This document shows positions 62,211 through 64,000 of a DNA stretch of 64,000 nt, piece after piece. The notes beneath the pieces were generated by a model. It saw only the letters and a list, made by a program, of their open reading frames with translations. It did no database searches and had not been told where the DNA came from. The stretch spans positions 4,160,001 to 4,224,000 of the forward strand of contig OZ242260.1 of the NCBI GenBank assembly GCA_965207065.1, given 5' to 3'. Position 1 is the first letter of the stretch; the number at the start of each line of letters is the position of its first letter. Position numbers and translations under genes: made by a program. The DNA comes from a bacterium (GTDB lineage Bacteria > UBA8248).

Positions 62211-62504
62211 TTATTTCATCATCTTCTTCATCATCTTCTTCTTTTTGAAGCCCTTGGCCATCATGCACGAATCGAAATTGCTTTGCCCATAAGACGATGC
62301 GGAACTGGTCGCTTCGGGACCGCCTTTGGCTTTCGCATCGAAAATGAACTCTTCCTTCACCGCGCAATCTTTCAGGTCTTTCACCGCCTGGTCCATCTTC
62401 ACGCCAACGCCGCGCTTAAACCAGACATTTTGCTCAGGCGTCGTGCACCCCGTAACCACGAAAACCATTCCAACCGCCAGAAAGACACCAGCCATTTTTC
62501 GCAT
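62211..62504 (-). CDS. Small putative lipoprotein with Lys/Met-rich tail
   Basis: MRKMAG..VVTGC lipobox; two further Cys; C-terminus KKKKMMKKMMK. Confidence 0.65.
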   Translation of the reverse strand: MRKMAGVFLAVGMVFVVTGCTTPEQNVWFKRGVGVKMDQAVKDLKDCAVKEEFIFDAKAKGGPEATSSASSYGQSNFDSCMMAKGFKKKKMMKKMMK

Positions 62505-62741
62505 GAGTCGAATTCTCCCTATAAAATCCATGCCTCGTTCGTCTTCACACTCCAACGAGGTCAAAACGCTATTCATTCAAGACAGATTGAAATTTACCAT
62601 TCTATTTCTCTATCGTCCAACACAAAATACACTAGCACTCCGATAGGTCGAAATCGAGTCTTCACGGCAGCAACCCGAAACCACGAAAAAAAGCAATATC
62701 CATTAAATTATTCAATACATTCACTTATTTTTTACCCCTTG

Positions 62742-62771
62742 AATTTATCGAAAAACCCCGTGAATTTATCT
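62742..62771. repeat. AT-rich GATAAATT element, copy 2 (inverted)
   Basis: Exact reverse complement of 48611-48640. Confidence 0.8.
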
Positions 62772-62931
62772 AATTTTACGGTAATTCCTTATCTTTGAAC
62801 GCTACGACTCGCTTCGACATCATACACGTCCGCACTCTGAGCGGCGCGAGCGCAAACGCGGGGAAATGCGGATTTACTCATGGCGGAATTGATAACCTCC
62901 GACGAAACCGAGCGGTTATTGGGGCTACGAT

Positions 62932-62959
62932 GTAGGGACAGGTCGCGACCTGTCCCTAC
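62932..62959. repeat. Perfect 28-bp palindrome, GTAG REP-type
   Basis: GTAGGGACAGGTCGCGACCTGTCCCTAC equals its own reverse complement. Confidence 0.85.
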
Positions 62960-63174
62960 CTGTACCAGGGCATATCCGATACGGTTTAGGGCAGGCGCAT
63001 CCATCGGAACCTGCCAGGGGGCGTCCACGACCGACACCTGAGAGTTGATGAGCAATCACCCCAACCGGGAACCCGCGTTATCTCGCCTCGCCGGCGCAAC
63101 CCCGAACCCCGCACGAATATGCTATAAACAATAAAAAAGTGGTGCTCGTACAGCCTGAAAAGGAGAAGAACAAC

Positions 63175-63981
63175 GTGTCGAACTCGGATTTGGCGGGAAG
63201 CTGGGCGCTCATACTGGGGGCCAGCAGCGGTTTTGGCGAAGCGAACGCCCTGAAACTATCGAGCTTGGGAGTCAACATTATAGGCGTTCACCTCGACAGA
63301 AAGGCCACGCTGCCCAACGTGGAACGCATTCGGGAGCAAATCAAAAAGAGCGGCGCGGAATCGCTTTATTTCAACGTGAACGCGGCGGGCCACGAGGAGC
63401 GCGAAAGCGTTCTCGATCAAATCCAGGAGCACCTGGGCGAGAGCGCGAATGGCGCGGTGCGCATTCTGCTCCACAGCCTGGCCTTCGGCACGCTCAAGCC
63501 CTACATCGCCGATGAGGAGAAAGACGCCATCTCCCCCAGGCAGCTCGAAATGACGCTGGACGTCATGGCGAACAGCCTGGTGTACTGGAGCCAGGCGCTC
63601 GTGCGGAGCGGCCTCATGGGCTTCGGTGGCCGCATCTACGCCATGACGAGCGCGGGCGGACACCGCATCTGGAAAACATACGGCGCCGTGTCGGCGGCCA
63701 AGGCCGCGCTCGAGAGCCACATCCGCCAGCTCGCGGTCGAACTCGCGCCCAGGGGCATTACGGCGAACAGCATTCAGGCCGGCGTCACGGACACGCCCGC
63801 CCTTCGGAAAATCCCCGGAAACGCCGAAATGATCGAGGGCACGAAAAAAATCAACCCGCACGGGGAGCTGACGACGCCGCAGAAAGTAGCCGACGCCATC
63901 GCGACGCTGGCCACCTCCGGCACGCAGTGGATGACGGGCGATCTGATTCGGGTCGACGGAGGCGAGGACATCGCGGGTTGA
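63175..63981 (+). CDS. SDR, enoyl-ACP reductase (FabL/FabI-like)
   Basis: GASSGFG, YGAVSAAK (YX6K), TDTPAL; AGGAG RBS before GTG. Confidence 0.82.
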   Translation: MSNSDLAGSWALILGASSGFGEANALKLSSLGVNIIGVHLDRKATLPNVERIREQIKKSGAESLYFNVNAAGHEERESVLDQIQEHLGESANGAVRILLHSLAFGTLKPYIADEEKDAISPRQLEMTLDVMANSLVYWSQALVRSGLMGFGGRIYAMTSAGGHRIWKTYGAVSAAKAALESHIRQLAVELAPRGITANSIQAGVTDTPALRKIPGNAEMIEGTKKINPHGELTTPQKVADAIATLATSGTQWMTGDLIRVDGGEDIAG

Positions 63982-64000
63982 AGAGCGTTTCGCAGGACCA

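Overview
A GC-rich bacterial chromosomal segment made up mostly of small metabolic operons: SDRs, alpha/beta hydrolases, flavoenzymes, a TRAP transporter, sdhCAB, queC, tyrS, coaD, an aspartate-type aminotransferase, a moaB-like gene and tRNA-Asn(GUU). These are interspersed with AT-rich islets (PIN-domain gene, NucS-like nuclease, hicAB, DUF3368/UPF0175) and composite intergenic repeats (MITE-like ends GGGGYTGTTGAAAAA, CGTC- and GTAG-type REP palindromes, poly-G/C hairpins). Main observations: (1) two genes split by the ORF track are one reading frame with an in-frame UGA at the catalytic Cys position and a downstream hairpin, so they are probable selenoproteins (a UxxC redoxin heading a cytochrome b / molybdoenzyme operon, and a DsbA/FrnE-like UPWA protein); (2) a long acidic, internally repeated protein ends in a domain resembling archaeal/eukaryotic ribosomal protein eL13; (3) an exact 30-bp inverted GATAAATT-rich repeat brackets a ~14-kb block with a visibly lower-GC core containing a MoxR-type ATPase/partner pair and tyrS. 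All family assignments come from motif recognition by eye; no database searches were run.
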